DNA of 64,000 nt from Bacteroidota bacterium (lineage in GTDB: Bacteria; Bacteroidota; Bacteroidia; UBA7662), in NCBI GenBank assembly GCA_005799065.1, contig SYHW01000068.1, positions 10,272-74,271 on the forward strand, given 5' to 3'. Under the pieces are notes generated by a model. That model ran no database searches. It was not told the DNA's origin and saw nothing but the letters and a program-made list of their open reading frames with translations. The translations under genes were made by a program, and so were the position numbers. Below, piece after piece: positions 8,679 through 18,476 of the stretch; positions within the stretch are counted from its first letter, which is position 1; every line of letters starts with the position of its first letter.

Positions 8679-9806
8679 ATGAGTAAGCGCGACTATTACG
8701 AGGTGTTGGGCGTCGCCAAGAATGCGGGCGACGACGAAATCAAAAAAGCCTACCGCAAGGCAGCCATCAAGTACCATCCCGATAAAAATCCGGGCGATGC
8801 GCAAGCCGAAGAATCCTTCAAAGAGGCTGCAGAAGCCTATGAAGTGCTCAGCAACGCCGATAAGCGCGCTCGTTATGACCGATTTGGTCACCAGGGGATG
8901 AATATGGGTGGCGGTCCGGGCGGAGGAGGCGGATTCTCCATGGAGGATATATTCAGTCAGTTCGGCGACATATTTAATGATGGCAGTCCATTCGAAGGAT
9001 TCTTCGGCGGACAAAGGGGTGGGGGTGCCAGACAAAATAGAGGATCAAACCTGCGCATTAGGGTAAAGATAACCCTCGAGGACGTGGCCAATGGAGTCGA
9101 AAAAAAGTTGAAGGTCACGCGTGCGGTTCCGGCCGATGGTGTCACCTACAAATCTTGCCCAACCTGCAACGGATCCGGACAAATCAACAAAGTTACCCAA
9201 ACTTTTTTGGGGCAGATGCGCATGGCCTCTACTTGCCCGCATTGTGAAGGCAGCGGAAAGGTGGTAGACCGAAAGCCTCCGGGTGTGGATCCTGATGGAT
9301 TGCAAAGAAAGGAAGAGATCATCAACATTCGCATTCCACCCGGTGTGGCAGAGGGTATGCAAATCAATATGTCGGGGAAGGGAAATTGCGGGCGAAATGG
9401 CGGTCCGGCAGGCGATCTATTGGTGGTGGTGGAAGAAGAGGAGCATGAGCATTTCCGTCGTGATGGCCATAATATCCTGTATGATTTGGATGTGAGTTTT
9501 GCGGATGCTGCATTGGGCGCACAAATCGATGTGCCAGCACTCGAAGGAAAGGTCAGAATTAAACTCGATGCAGGCACACAGCCGGGTAAGTTATTGCGGT
9601 TAAAAGGCAAGGGGCTTCCCATTTTGCAAAGCCACGGTAAAGGCGATTTGATCATTCTGGTGAATGTTCATGTACCCACCAAATTATCGCGCGAGGAACG
9701 GGAAATCCTCGAAAAACTCCGCGATTCATCCAACTTTAAACCAGAAGAGACCACCGGCCGGAGACAGGGCTTTTTTGAGCGGATGCGCGAATTTTTTACC
9801 GAATAG
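8679..9806 (+). CDS. dnaJ: molecular chaperone DnaJ (only two CxxCxGxG motifs retained)
   Basis: J-domain with KYHPDKNP, a G/F-rich linker, CPTCNGSG and CPHCEGSG, and a C-terminal substrate-binding/dimerisation region. Starts 4 nt after the grpE stop. Confidence 0.93.
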   Translation: MSKRDYYEVLGVAKNAGDDEIKKAYRKAAIKYHPDKNPGDAQAEESFKEAAEAYEVLSNADKRARYDRFGHQGMNMGGGPGGGGGFSMEDIFSQFGDIFNDGSPFEGFFGGQRGGGARQNRGSNLRIRVKITLEDVANGVEKKLKVTRAVPADGVTYKSCPTCNGSGQINKVTQTFLGQMRMASTCPHCEGSGKVVDRKPPGVDPDGLQRKEEIINIRIPPGVAEGMQINMSGKGNCGRNGGPAGDLLVVVEEEEHEHFRRDGHNILYDLDVSFADAALGAQIDVPALEGKVRIKLDAGTQPGKLLRLKGKGLPILQSHGKGDLIILVNVHVPTKLSREEREILEKLRDSSNFKPEETTGRRQGFFERMREFFTE

Positions 9807-9809
9807 GGA

Positions 9810-11189
9810 TCATTTTTTCACAAATCCAAGATTTTCACAGTCGCGGTAGGAGGGGTGAACCCGAACGAAGGTCTTTTGGCGAGCTGTAGCGTACCAAGCT
9901 TCCATTTTCCGGAGTTTTTTCATGCCCAGGGCCGTTGCCTGGATGCGTGGATAGTCTTGCTTCATATTGGTGAGGTGCGCTTCCGAGCGAGACTTTAAAA
10001 AAAGGATCCGGTAGCCTTGTCTGCCGTCCCTCGAGGAATAGGGTTGGGGTTCGCTGTATTCACCAGGCTTTAACTTCTCAATGCCGAAATAAATTTCCGG
10101 GCTCAACTGTTCTGGGGTAAATCTACTCGTAGCATTTTCCTCATTCATCAGCATACCGCCACTGCTGCGGGTTTCGTCGTCCTGTGAATAAAGCCGAACA
10201 GCATCGCCAAAGGGTGTATTTTCGATTGTAATGCGCGAACGGAGGGAGTCAAGTCGTTTACGCGCATCTTCCATTTCCCGACTTCCAGTGGGTATTTTAA
10301 TAAGGATATGTCTGCACATCAATCGCTCACCCCGACGTTCCATCAACTCAATGATGTGGTATCCAAACTTGGTTTTCACCACCGTTGAGATCTCCCCAGG
10401 TTTTAATCGGAATGCGGCCGCCTCAAACTCAGGCACCATCTCGCCACGTCCAAAAAAGCCGAGCGAACCACCCTCTTGCTTCGACCCTGGATCCTCCGAG
10501 TAGAGCGTTGCTAGGGTAGAAAAGCGTTCTCCCTTCAGTATTCGCTCCCGAATCCCGTTGATTTTGTCGAGCGTTAGCTCCTTTTGAAGGGCACCAACTT
10601 CCGGGAACACCACAATTTGGCCAATCTCCAATTCAGCATCGAGGTACGGGATGGAATCGCGGGGAACGCTTTCAAAATACTGACGCACCTCTTGGGGTGA
10701 TATACTGACATCGCCCGATAATTTATCCTGCATCCGCTGAACCAATATTTGCTCTTTAATTTGTGGGCGAAACTCCTCCCGAATTTCCGCCAAGGTTTTC
10801 CCGTAAAACTCTTCTAGTTTCTCGCGTCCACCCACCATAGAAGAGAAATAGCGTACACGGCGCTCCAATTGATCGGCCACCTCCTCATCACTCACCACAA
10901 TAGAATCCACCTCCGCTTGCCGGAGCAATAATTTGTTGTTGATTAACTGTTCCAGGATTACACATTTCATTCTGGGATCAGGGAGGTTGTCTTGGCCCAG
11001 CCAATTGCTGTACTCGGCTTCAATTTCCGATTTGAGGATGATTTTATCGGCCACTACCGCCATGATTCCCTCTGCCACCTCTTGGGGCAAAGTTTGTGCA
11101 TGTACCATCCATGTAGAAGAGGCCCATAGGACGGTGCTGACCACCGATGAACAAAAAAACAAGCGAATTCGACGCAAAAGCAAGGACAT
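9810..11189 (-). CDS. SurA-like periplasmic chaperone / parvulin-type peptidyl-prolyl isomerase
   Basis: Signal peptide, SurA-like N-domain, and parvulin motifs (FSTLATLYSEDPGSKQEGGSLGFF ... FGYHIIEL). Confidence 0.85.
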   Translation of the reverse strand: MSLLLRRIRLFFCSSVVSTVLWASSTWMVHAQTLPQEVAEGIMAVVADKIILKSEIEAEYSNWLGQDNLPDPRMKCVILEQLINNKLLLRQAEVDSIVVSDEEVADQLERRVRYFSSMVGGREKLEEFYGKTLAEIREEFRPQIKEQILVQRMQDKLSGDVSISPQEVRQYFESVPRDSIPYLDAELEIGQIVVFPEVGALQKELTLDKINGIRERILKGERFSTLATLYSEDPGSKQEGGSLGFFGRGEMVPEFEAAAFRLKPGEISTVVKTKFGYHIIELMERRGERLMCRHILIKIPTGSREMEDARKRLDSLRSRITIENTPFGDAVRLYSQDDETRSSGGMLMNEENATSRFTPEQLSPEIYFGIEKLKPGEYSEPQPYSSRDGRQGYRILFLKSRSEAHLTNMKQDYPRIQATALGMKKLRKMEAWYATARQKTFVRVHPSYRDCENLGFVKK

Positions 11190-11198
11190 AAAAAGAAG

Positions 11199-12044
11199 TT
11201 AAGGTGCGAATTCTACGATCTGGTCTTCAATGGCTTTCAGTTTGAGGTCTTCGTAGTAGGCCTGCAAAAAACGATTTCTTCGATCGGCGCGAACCATTTC
11301 GCGGATACCCTCCAGGGCATAAGAAAGGGGGGCGGTTTCTCCAGCGGGCTTCCATTCCCGAACCATTAAATAATGCACAGCCGAATCTTGACGCACCATC
11401 TGGGTTTGGTTGAGGGCACTATAAGTAAACGCATTTCGGGTAGCCTCTGGTACATCAGCGAGCAAATCAAGCGGATTACGCCAAACCGTATCGTTCAGGT
11501 GACTCATCCAAGCAAACTGCAGGCAATACTCATCGAGAAGCTCCAGACGCTTAGAGGCCCGCTCGCGCATCAATAAGGGTAGCTGAGCCTGTCGCGGTGC
11601 ACTGGCATCCACACGCACATATCGTCCTTTAATCAGCGGATGAGAAAGCCGAAACAAATCGGCATTTTCGCGATAGAAGCGCGCAATTGAGGCGCTGTCA
11701 GGCTCTAATTCCGTTGCCTTAGCCTCCAATAATTTGTCTTCGAGGCGGTGGCGCAATAATGTTCTACGGTATTGCTCCAATTCTACGGTAAAATCACGTT
11801 CCCTTCCACTGAGTTCATCGTCGGCTGCCCGTGCGATCAGTTGTTCACGAATCCAGAAATCGACAGCAGCAATACTATCACCGGTATTGTAGATTTCGGG
11901 AAGTAAATCGATGAGCTCATCCTCAAACAGTGCCGCATCGCCTACCCGCACCAAGAGCTGCCGGCCCTGCTGCTCTTCTGCGCCGCATCCAGTCAATACC
12001 TCAAGCAACAGACCGATCCAGATGAAATATCGTGTACCAATCAA
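11199..12044 (-). CDS. lipoprotein with SurA N-terminal-like chaperone domain (no rotamase motif seen)
   Basis: Lipobox LTGC. The helical domain resembles PPIase-associated chaperone modules. Its start overlaps the stop of the upstream PPIase by 4 nt. Confidence 0.6.
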   Translation of the reverse strand: MIGTRYFIWIGLLLEVLTGCGAEEQQGRQLLVRVGDAALFEDELIDLLPEIYNTGDSIAAVDFWIREQLIARAADDELSGRERDFTVELEQYRRTLLRHRLEDKLLEAKATELEPDSASIARFYRENADLFRLSHPLIKGRYVRVDASAPRQAQLPLLMRERASKRLELLDEYCLQFAWMSHLNDTVWRNPLDLLADVPEATRNAFTYSALNQTQMVRQDSAVHYLMVREWKPAGETAPLSYALEGIREMVRADRRNRFLQAYYEDLKLKAIEDQIVEFAP

Positions 12045-14071
12045 CGCGGAAGAATGCTTTGGAAGACATCGCGACGGATGTCGATTTTGTATTTATTCTC
12101 GAGCGATTTGACCCACTCCGTTTCCAATTGCTGTTGGTAGTCGGACGTCACCAACCCCCTGATTTCTGAAAGTTCCTTATAGCCTGGAGGGATCAGTCGG
12201 TTGATTCGCACGAATACTTTTTGTCCGTTGTACACCAAGTCTGCACTAAGGCCTTTTTTCCATTCCACCAATGAGAGTGCCTCATGCGCCTGTTTCTCAA
12301 GCTTGCCTTCGATGATGCGTAAACTCAAAGGATCAGCAGCGTTAAAGGTTTTCAAAAGAACGGCAGATGTGTTCTTTTTGCTTTTAATGGCCTTGCGGAC
12401 GGCTAGGGCAACAGAGTCATCGCGACAAACATATACAGCACCTTCAATTCGATCGCCATATCGATAACGCTCTCGGCGTCCCTCGAAAAATGCTTTCAGA
12501 CCCGTTGTGTCATTCACCGCCTTCGACCAAACCAATTCGTCGGTCAGGTCAAAAAGCAGGATGCCTTCGCGGTACTCTTTCACGAGTGATCTGAATTCGG
12601 GGTATTTGCGTTCCAATTGAGCATTTTCATAGGCCAAAAGCCGTTCATCAGCCCACTCGCGGTAGGTGTTGCGGAGATACATGCCAAAATCGCCACTGCC
12701 CGGCGCCCCCTTATTCTCATTGAGGTATTGAGCGAAATCCAATTGACGAATTACAGTATCCGCAAAATGGCATAAAACAGGATCGTTTGGACCAGGAACT
12801 GGTGGTTCCCAAGACTTATCCCGGTAACTGTTTTCTGAAATGGTGTTGATGAATTGGGTTAAAGCCGCATCATTTTCTTTCCAACTGTACTCTTTCTTTA
12901 ATTTGGCCAGCAAAGTCGATTTGTTCCGGTTCGCGCGACTATCACGAGCGATTTTTGCCTCTAAATCTGCTTTCGACTCTTCTAAGTTTGGAATAGCCTT
13001 CAAATCAACCCTTTTCATGATGTGCCAGCCGTATGCAGTCTGTATGGGCTCGCTGATGTCTCCATTCGCCTTAAGCGCATAAGCCGTATTTTCAAATTCT
13101 GGCACCATGCGACCGGTGCCAAAATAGGGCAGTAAACCCTTACTGCCCGATGAAGATGGATCTTCGCTGTACTGTTTCACCAGACTATCAAACGACTCAC
13201 CCGCCTTGATGCGCCGGTCAATCTCAAAAATTCGTCTGCGGGCCGACTCCTTCAGCGAGTCACTATCGGCCGTTCTGCTCAACAGCATTAAATGGGCAAC
13301 CCGTATTTCCCCTCTTGCCGGGCGTTCGTCGGTCACCTTCAACACATGGTAGCCAAATTGCGTGCGGAAAACCGGGCTAACCCCACCAATCCGCGTGTTG
13401 TAGGCCATGTTTTCAAATGGATAGATCATGCGAAATGCGGAAAAATAGCCTAAATCACCCCCGTTCTCCTTGGCAGAAGGGTCCTCCGATTTTTCACGAG
13501 CCAACGATTCGAAATCGGCCCCGGATATCAATTGCTTATGAATTTCTACTGCTTTATTATAGGCCACAAGACTATCGGCTGGGGAGGCATTTTCTTCAAT
13601 CCGGATCATGATGTGGCTGGCACGGCGTTCGATTTGGCTTCTTTCGAAAGCCTCCCGCAGAAGTTCTTCCCCCGTATCCTTATCGCGCAAATAAGGTTGC
13701 GCCAGCTGGTCGCGGTAGTTGTCAAACTCTCGGCGAAATTTGGCCGTGGTATCCATCCCGCGCGCATAGGCTTCCCGTACCTTCAGCTTAAACTTCACAT
13801 ACAGACCCAGGTATTCCTCCAATTCCTCGCGCGTTGCTGCCTTCTTGCTGTAATTGTTCTTGTTGAAGACCGATAGGAATTCATCGACCGTCACATCTGC
13901 TTGGTCGACTGTAAACAGCACCCGAGCATCGTCTTGACCGGGTTTTTGGGATAGGACAGGCGATGACGCCAAAATGACCATCAAGCCCGCAAAAAGCAGA
14001 GCCCGGAGGCGATGTTGGCACAGAATGCTGCGAAGAGTGATCGATTGAAGTGTGTGCGACATCATAATCAT
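12041..14071 (-). CDS. large PpiC/parvulin-type peptidyl-prolyl isomerase with two rotamase domains
   Basis: 676 aa. Two parvulin units (FGYHVLKV and YGWHIMK, each preceded by SEDPS..GG.LG.F). Confidence 0.85.
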   Translation of the reverse strand: MIMMSHTLQSITLRSILCQHRLRALLFAGLMVILASSPVLSQKPGQDDARVLFTVDQADVTVDEFLSVFNKNNYSKKAATREELEEYLGLYVKFKLKVREAYARGMDTTAKFRREFDNYRDQLAQPYLRDKDTGEELLREAFERSQIERRASHIMIRIEENASPADSLVAYNKAVEIHKQLISGADFESLAREKSEDPSAKENGGDLGYFSAFRMIYPFENMAYNTRIGGVSPVFRTQFGYHVLKVTDERPARGEIRVAHLMLLSRTADSDSLKESARRRIFEIDRRIKAGESFDSLVKQYSEDPSSSGSKGLLPYFGTGRMVPEFENTAYALKANGDISEPIQTAYGWHIMKRVDLKAIPNLEESKADLEAKIARDSRANRNKSTLLAKLKKEYSWKENDAALTQFINTISENSYRDKSWEPPVPGPNDPVLCHFADTVIRQLDFAQYLNENKGAPGSGDFGMYLRNTYREWADERLLAYENAQLERKYPEFRSLVKEYREGILLFDLTDELVWSKAVNDTTGLKAFFEGRRERYRYGDRIEGAVYVCRDDSVALAVRKAIKSKKNTSAVLLKTFNAADPLSLRIIEGKLEKQAHEALSLVEWKKGLSADLVYNGQKVFVRINRLIPPGYKELSEIRGLVTSDYQQQLETEWVKSLENKYKIDIRRDVFQSILPR

Positions 14072-14154
14072 AGAGATAAATTAAAGAATCATTTCGGTGG
14101 ATGAACGCCGAAAAACAGGCGATTTTTTTAAAGAAAGTGCAAAAATAAGAAATA

Positions 14155-14928
14155 GTGCATTCATTGGGGCAAAATCGGAGCCTCATGTCAAATAACCCAT
14201 CCGGTTCGAGCAACCCATCCGGTTCGAGCAACCTTTTCAGTTCAAACAACCCTTTCCGTTTTTTGGCCGATATGTTATATCCACGCCTGTGCGGTGGTTG
14301 CCGTCGAGATCTTTACACCGGTGAAAACTATGTGTGTACGCACTGCCTTTTGGAAATGCCGTTTACCAATTACCACCAGATGCCTGACAATCCGCTTGAG
14401 CGCATGTTTCGCGGCCGAATCCCAGTGTATGGGGTCACTTCCCTATTATTTTTCAACCGTGGGGGCATTGCGCGCCAGTTATTGCATCGGGTAAAATACT
14501 TCGGAGATACCCAAACGGCTGTTGCTATGGGTCGACTGCTGGGTGTGGCACTGCGCGACTCGCCTTTCAATGAATGCGGTGCAGTAGTGCCTGTGCCCCT
14601 GCATCCATCCAGGCAAAGGACTCGGGGGTTCAATCAAAGTAGCCTCATCGCTCAAGGCGTACATGAGGTCATGGGAATTCCCTTCCATGACGATTGGCTG
14701 CAACGCGTGGAGGCTACCGAATCGCAAACACGAAAATCACGTGAAGCGCGTTGGGCGAATGTGGCAACGGCTTTTTCCGTAGGAGCTTCTGTCTCGGGCT
14801 GTGCCGGCAGGGTGCTGCTCATCGACGATGTCATCACCACGGGAGCAACCTTAGAGGCAGCCGCACGCGTCCTGATCGCCGCTGGTGCAGGGGTCATGCT
14901 CGCGACCTTAGCTTGTTCCAACCGATGA
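14155..14928 (+). CDS. comF: ComF-family phosphoribosyltransferase-like protein
   Basis: N-terminal Cys cluster CGGC...CTHC and C-terminal PRTase motif VLLIDDVITTGATLEAA. The start is uncertain (ATG 14155 or 14185). Confidence 0.85.
   Translation: MHSLGQNRSLMSNNPSGSSNPSGSSNLFSSNNPFRFLADMLYPRLCGGCRRDLYTGENYVCTHCLLEMPFTNYHQMPDNPLERMFRGRIPVYGVTSLLFFNRGGIARQLLHRVKYFGDTQTAVAMGRLLGVALRDSPFNECGAVVPVPLHPSRQRTRGFNQSSLIAQGVHEVMGIPFHDDWLQRVEATESQTRKSREARWANVATAFSVGASVSGCAGRVLLIDDVITTGATLEAAARVLIAAGAGVMLATLACSNR
14194..14233 (+). repeat. 18-bp in-frame tandem repeat (NPSGSS x2 plus a partial unit) at the comF 5' end
   Basis: aacccatccggttcgagc at 14194-14211 and 14212-14229, followed by a partial aacc. 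Confidence 0.9.
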
Positions 14929-14943
14929 AGTAATTATATTTGT

Positions 14944-15978
14944 ATGATGATTGGAGTGAACAATGCGATGAATGGAGTGAACAATGCAAAGTCCAGAAGC
15001 AGCATCATTAATTTGAGGCTGATGATTTTGGGGGCTTTGTTGACCCCGAGTTGTTTGCCGGCATCGTCCAAGCCATTGCCCGCATTCCCCAAGCCATTGC
15101 CCGCATTCCCCAAGCCATTGCCCGCATTCCCCAAGCCATTGCCCGCATTCCCCAAGCCATTGCCCGCATTCCCCAAGCCATTGCTTGCATTCCCCAAGCC
15201 ATTGCCCGCATCGTCCAAGCCATCGCCGGCATTGCCAGCGGTCGTTTTGGAGGCACCCCCTTCAAATCAACCCGTAAAGGCGGTTTTTGCTGTTGGTGAG
15301 TATCTTCGCTATCGATTGCATTATGGTTTTGTTGATGCCGGGGTGGGTGAACTCAAAGTCATGGATGAGCCTGTTGTATTGAGGGGTCAGCCCTGCTACC
15401 ACATCGTGGCCACCGGATCAACAACCCGTTCTTTTGATTGGATATATAAAGTGAGGGACCGCTACGAGAGTTATGTGACCATTGGGACTATGGTTCCACT
15501 GCTCTTCAAACGCGATATTTATGAGGGCGGCTTTTCCTACCGCGATTCCTACGCATTCGATCACTCCACCCGGCGTGCCACCTCAGATGGCAATCAGTAT
15601 GTGGTACCAGAATATGTCCAAGACATCGTATCCGCGTTTTATGCGGCTCGCTCGCTCGACTTTTCACAAGCGGTGGTTGGACAAGTATTCGAGCTTCCGC
15701 TGTTTCTCGATCACGAAACCCACCGATTTATTTTCCGATTTAAGGGCCGAAGAACAGTATCAACAGACGCAGGCAGCTTCCGGGCCTTAGTTTTTATGCC
15801 GGTTGTCATGAAAGGACGCGTATTTTCGAGTCAGGATGACCTCGTTGTGTACATATCAGACGACGAAAACAAAATTCCCTTGCAAATCAAGGCCAATATC
15901 TTGGTAGGATCAGTTAAAATGACATTAACAGAACACCGGGGGTTGCGTCACCCCTTAAGTTCAAAGGTATCCCGTTGA
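14944..15978 (+). CDS. DUF3108-like protein with a proline-rich repeat linker
   Basis: The C-terminal ~230 aa (YLRYRLHYGFVDAGVGELKV ...) fit the DUF3108 pattern as I recall it. The N-terminus has a hydrophobic signal-like segment followed by KPLPAFP repeats. Confidence 0.7.
   Translation: MMIGVNNAMNGVNNAKSRSSIINLRLMILGALLTPSCLPASSKPLPAFPKPLPAFPKPLPAFPKPLPAFPKPLPAFPKPLLAFPKPLPASSKPSPALPAVVLEAPPSNQPVKAVFAVGEYLRYRLHYGFVDAGVGELKVMDEPVVLRGQPCYHIVATGSTTRSFDWIYKVRDRYESYVTIGTMVPLLFKRDIYEGGFSYRDSYAFDHSTRRATSDGNQYVVPEYVQDIVSAFYAARSLDFSQAVVGQVFELPLFLDHETHRFIFRFKGRRTVSTDAGSFRALVFMPVVMKGRVFSSQDDLVVYISDDENKIPLQIKANILVGSVKMTLTEHRGLRHPLSSKVSR
15068..15236 (+). repeat. 21-bp in-frame tandem repeat, about eight copies (KPLPAFP)
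   Basis: ccaagccattgcccgcattcc units start at 15068, with five perfect copies then three diverging ones. A separate 21-bp duplication (GVNNA) lies at 14953-14987. Confidence 0.95.
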
Positions 15979-16052
15979 ACTTTTTTGACCCACTAAGGTT
16001 TCATTAGGTAGAAAATCAATAACCCAAACTTTCAACTTAAAAATAAACACCC

Positions 16053-16472
16053 ATGCCTTATCCCGAATTCATGGTAACGCCCATGCGCAAGGACCTCACA
16101 GAAGTAGGATTTCGTGAATTGAGAACCCTAGAAGAAGTTGAAGCAGAATTCAAAGAGGCCCAAGATACCCTGTTGGTTGTTGTTAATTCTGTGTGCGGAT
16201 GTGCGGCAGCGAATGCACGACCTGCTGTTAAAAAGGCCATTCAAAACGAAAGACGCCCGTCGCGGCTCACTACAGTGTTTGCTGGTATGGAACTCGATGC
16301 AGTGACGCGTGCTCGTGAATATATGTTTCCCTATCCCCCATCTTCACCCTGTATCGCTTTGTTCAAAGGTGGAAATCTTGTTCATATGCTGGAGCGACAC
16401 CACATAGAAGGGCGTTCTGCTGAGCTCATCGCTGAAAATTTGGTAGGGGCCTTTGAGCAACACTGCGCTTAG
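16053..16472 (+). CDS. BrxA/BrxB-type bacilliredoxin (YphP/YqiW family)
   Basis: 139 aa with the characteristic VVVNSVCGCAA redox motif and overall family pattern. Confidence 0.85.
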   Translation: MPYPEFMVTPMRKDLTEVGFRELRTLEEVEAEFKEAQDTLLVVVNSVCGCAAANARPAVKKAIQNERRPSRLTTVFAGMELDAVTRAREYMFPYPPSSPCIALFKGGNLVHMLERHHIEGRSAELIAENLVGAFEQHCA

Positions 16473-16514
16473 CAAGCCCAAAACAAGAAGGCAGCAAGCC
16501 CAATACAAGAAAGT
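16471..16514. repeat. 22-bp tandem duplication in a convergent intergenic region
   Basis: agcaagcccaaaacaagaaggc / agcaagcccaatacaagaaagt, directly after the bacilliredoxin stop. Confidence 0.85.
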
Positions 16515-16550
16515 ATGCCGTTCGTTCGGCCACCTGGCTTCAACTCAGGA

Positions 16551-17297
16551 TTATGGGCATTGATCGAGCTGGCGAAGCGCACTGTTGTAGCCAGCGTCGA
16601 ACATTCGATCGCCCATTCCTAGAGAGAATAGGTGAAATTCTTGCATGCCTTCAGGAACTATATACACATCACATAAGCCGATCTCAGGCTCAATATTCGA
16701 TTGAATAGCGATATTCAGTACACGCTCCAAACTTTGGAGCCAACTGTCTGATTCTCCCGTTTCGTAAACCGGATTAACATTCACGCCCACAAGTCGGCTA
16801 CACCTGGGTCGTATGAGATGGGCTGGGAGATTGCAGGTGATCCCTCCGTCTATGAAAAGTCGATTGCCCATATTGACCGGTTCAAAAAGCAGTGGGATGG
16901 CACTGGAGGCCAAAAGCGCAGGAATGAGCTCGCCACTATGGAATACTTGGTTTTTGCCGCTGTTCAAATCTGTAGTTGATACGAACAATGGCAAACCAAG
17001 CTCCTCAAAACGACGAGCCTTTAGATGACGGGTGAGGGCACGCCTAAGACCCGATTGACTGAGAATTCCGGAAGTTTGCCAGGAAAAGCGCAACAAATTG
17101 ATGTTCTTCTCTCGATCAAATATATTCTTAATGTCTGCCGGTTCACGACCTTCGGCCAGTAAGGCACCAATAATGGCGCCGATACTGGTTCCGGCCACAC
17201 AGTCAAATTGCCAACCACGTTCAAAGAAGGCCTGGAGCACGCCCAAGTGAGCATATCCCTTCGCCGCTCCCCCCGATAACACCAAGCCAGTCGACAT
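16551..17297 (-). CDS. patatin-like phospholipase
   Basis: Oxyanion motif LSGGAAKGYAHLGVL, nucleophile GTSIGA and catalytic DGG. Confidence 0.88.
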   Translation of the reverse strand: MSTGLVLSGGAAKGYAHLGVLQAFFERGWQFDCVAGTSIGAIIGALLAEGREPADIKNIFDREKNINLLRFSWQTSGILSQSGLRRALTRHLKARRFEELGLPLFVSTTDLNSGKNQVFHSGELIPALLASSAIPLLFEPVNMGNRLFIDGGITCNLPAHLIRPRCSRLVGVNVNPVYETGESDSWLQSLERVLNIAIQSNIEPEIGLCDVYIVPEGMQEFHLFSLGMGDRMFDAGYNSALRQLDQCP

Positions 17298-17303
17298 GAG
17301 TAT

Positions 17304-18329
17304 TTAGGATACTTGTTCGACGGGCTGACTCGCTAGTTTTTCCTTCAGTTTTTCGCGGATTCGTTCTTCAAGTTCCATCGACAAATCGGGGTTATCGCCC
17401 AGAAGTTGCCGAACCCCATCGCGACCCTGGCCCAATTTGGTTTCTCCATAGCTATACCAAGAGCCACTTTTCTTGATGATGTTGAGTTCAGTCCCCAGGT
17501 CAATAATCTCACCATCTTTGGAAACCCCGCTGCCATAAACAATGTCAAATTCGCATTGGCGGAAAGGGGGGGCCACTTTGTTTTTCACCACTTTGATCCG
17601 AACCCGGTTACCAGTCACTTCCATTCCATCTTTGAGCTGACCAATCCGCCGGATATCTAGTCGAACCGAAGCATAAAATTTGAGCGCATTGCCACCCGTT
17701 GTTGTTTCAGGGTTTCCAAACATAACCCCGATTTTCTCACGCAACTGGTTGATGAAAATACAGACACAGCCCGTCTTATTGATGCTGCCCGTTAACTTCC
17801 GAAGTGCTTGTGACATCAGGCGTGCTTGCAGCCCCATAGATGAATCGCCCATTTCACCCTCTATTTCCGCTTTAGGAACCAGCGCAGCTACACTATCGAT
17901 AACTAATATATCGATCGCGCCTGAACGAATAAGGTTATCGGCAATTTCCAACGCCTGTTCACCATTATCGGGTTGAGAAATGAGCAAGTTTTCCGTGTCG
18001 ATTCCTAAATTCTCTGCGTAGACCTTATCGAATGCGTGTTCTGCGTCGATAAATGCAGCTATTCCTCCCTTTTTTTGAGCCTCAGCAATGGCGTGCAGCG
18101 CTATGGTCGTTTTGCCAGATGATTCTGGGCCGTAAATTTCGATGACTCGGCCTTTAGGGAACCCACCTATGCCCAATGCGATATCGAGGCCCAAAGATCC
18201 GGATGGTATGACATCTACCGGTACTACGCGGGCATCGCCCATTTTCATTACGACACCCTTGCCGAATGATTTCTCCAGCTTTTCCATGGCCAACTGAAGG
18301 GCCTTTTGCTTTTCATTAATTGCGTTCAT
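17304..18329 (-). CDS. recA: recombinase RecA
   Basis: Walker [10 protein letters not shown] and full-length RecA pattern ([34 protein letters not shown]). Confidence 0.97.
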   Translation of the reverse strand: MNAINEKQKALQLAMEKLEKSFGKGVVMKMGDARVVPVDVIPSGSLGLDIALGIGGFPKGRVIEIYGPESSGKTTIALHAIAEAQKKGGIAAFIDAEHAFDKVYAENLGIDTENLLISQPDNGEQALEIADNLIRSGAIDILVIDSVAALVPKAEIEGEMGDSSMGLQARLMSQALRKLTGSINKTGCVCIFINQLREKIGVMFGNPETTTGGNALKFYASVRLDIRRIGQLKDGMEVTGNRVRIKVVKNKVAPPFRQCEFDIVYGSGVSKDGEIIDLGTELNIIKKSGSWYSYGETKLGQGRDGVRQLLGDNPDLSMELEERIREKLKEKLASQPVEQVS

Positions 18330-18476
18330 AAAAATGTGGTTGGGTTTTAAGATTCAAAAATAGGGGTAAATGAGCAGGGGAAGTGAACCGATATGCGTCA
18401 ATTATTAGCACAAATCAACGAGGCCGTAGTGACATCTTTTGACACATGAAATGCAATATTTCATGGCCAACGTCCA

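Noticed and set aside
14194-14233. tRNA-like ggttcgagc (T-arm-like) sequences
   Set aside because: They are part of an 18-bp coding repeat. No acceptor stem or anticodon arm can be drawn. No tRNA was found in any intergenic gap.
14934-15299. Several overlapping ORFs on both strands across the KPLPAFP array (GNAGNGL, MAWGMRA and IARIPQA repeats)
   Set aside because: This is an artefact of a stop-free 21-bp repeat unit keeping four frames open. Only the + frame continues into a conserved domain.
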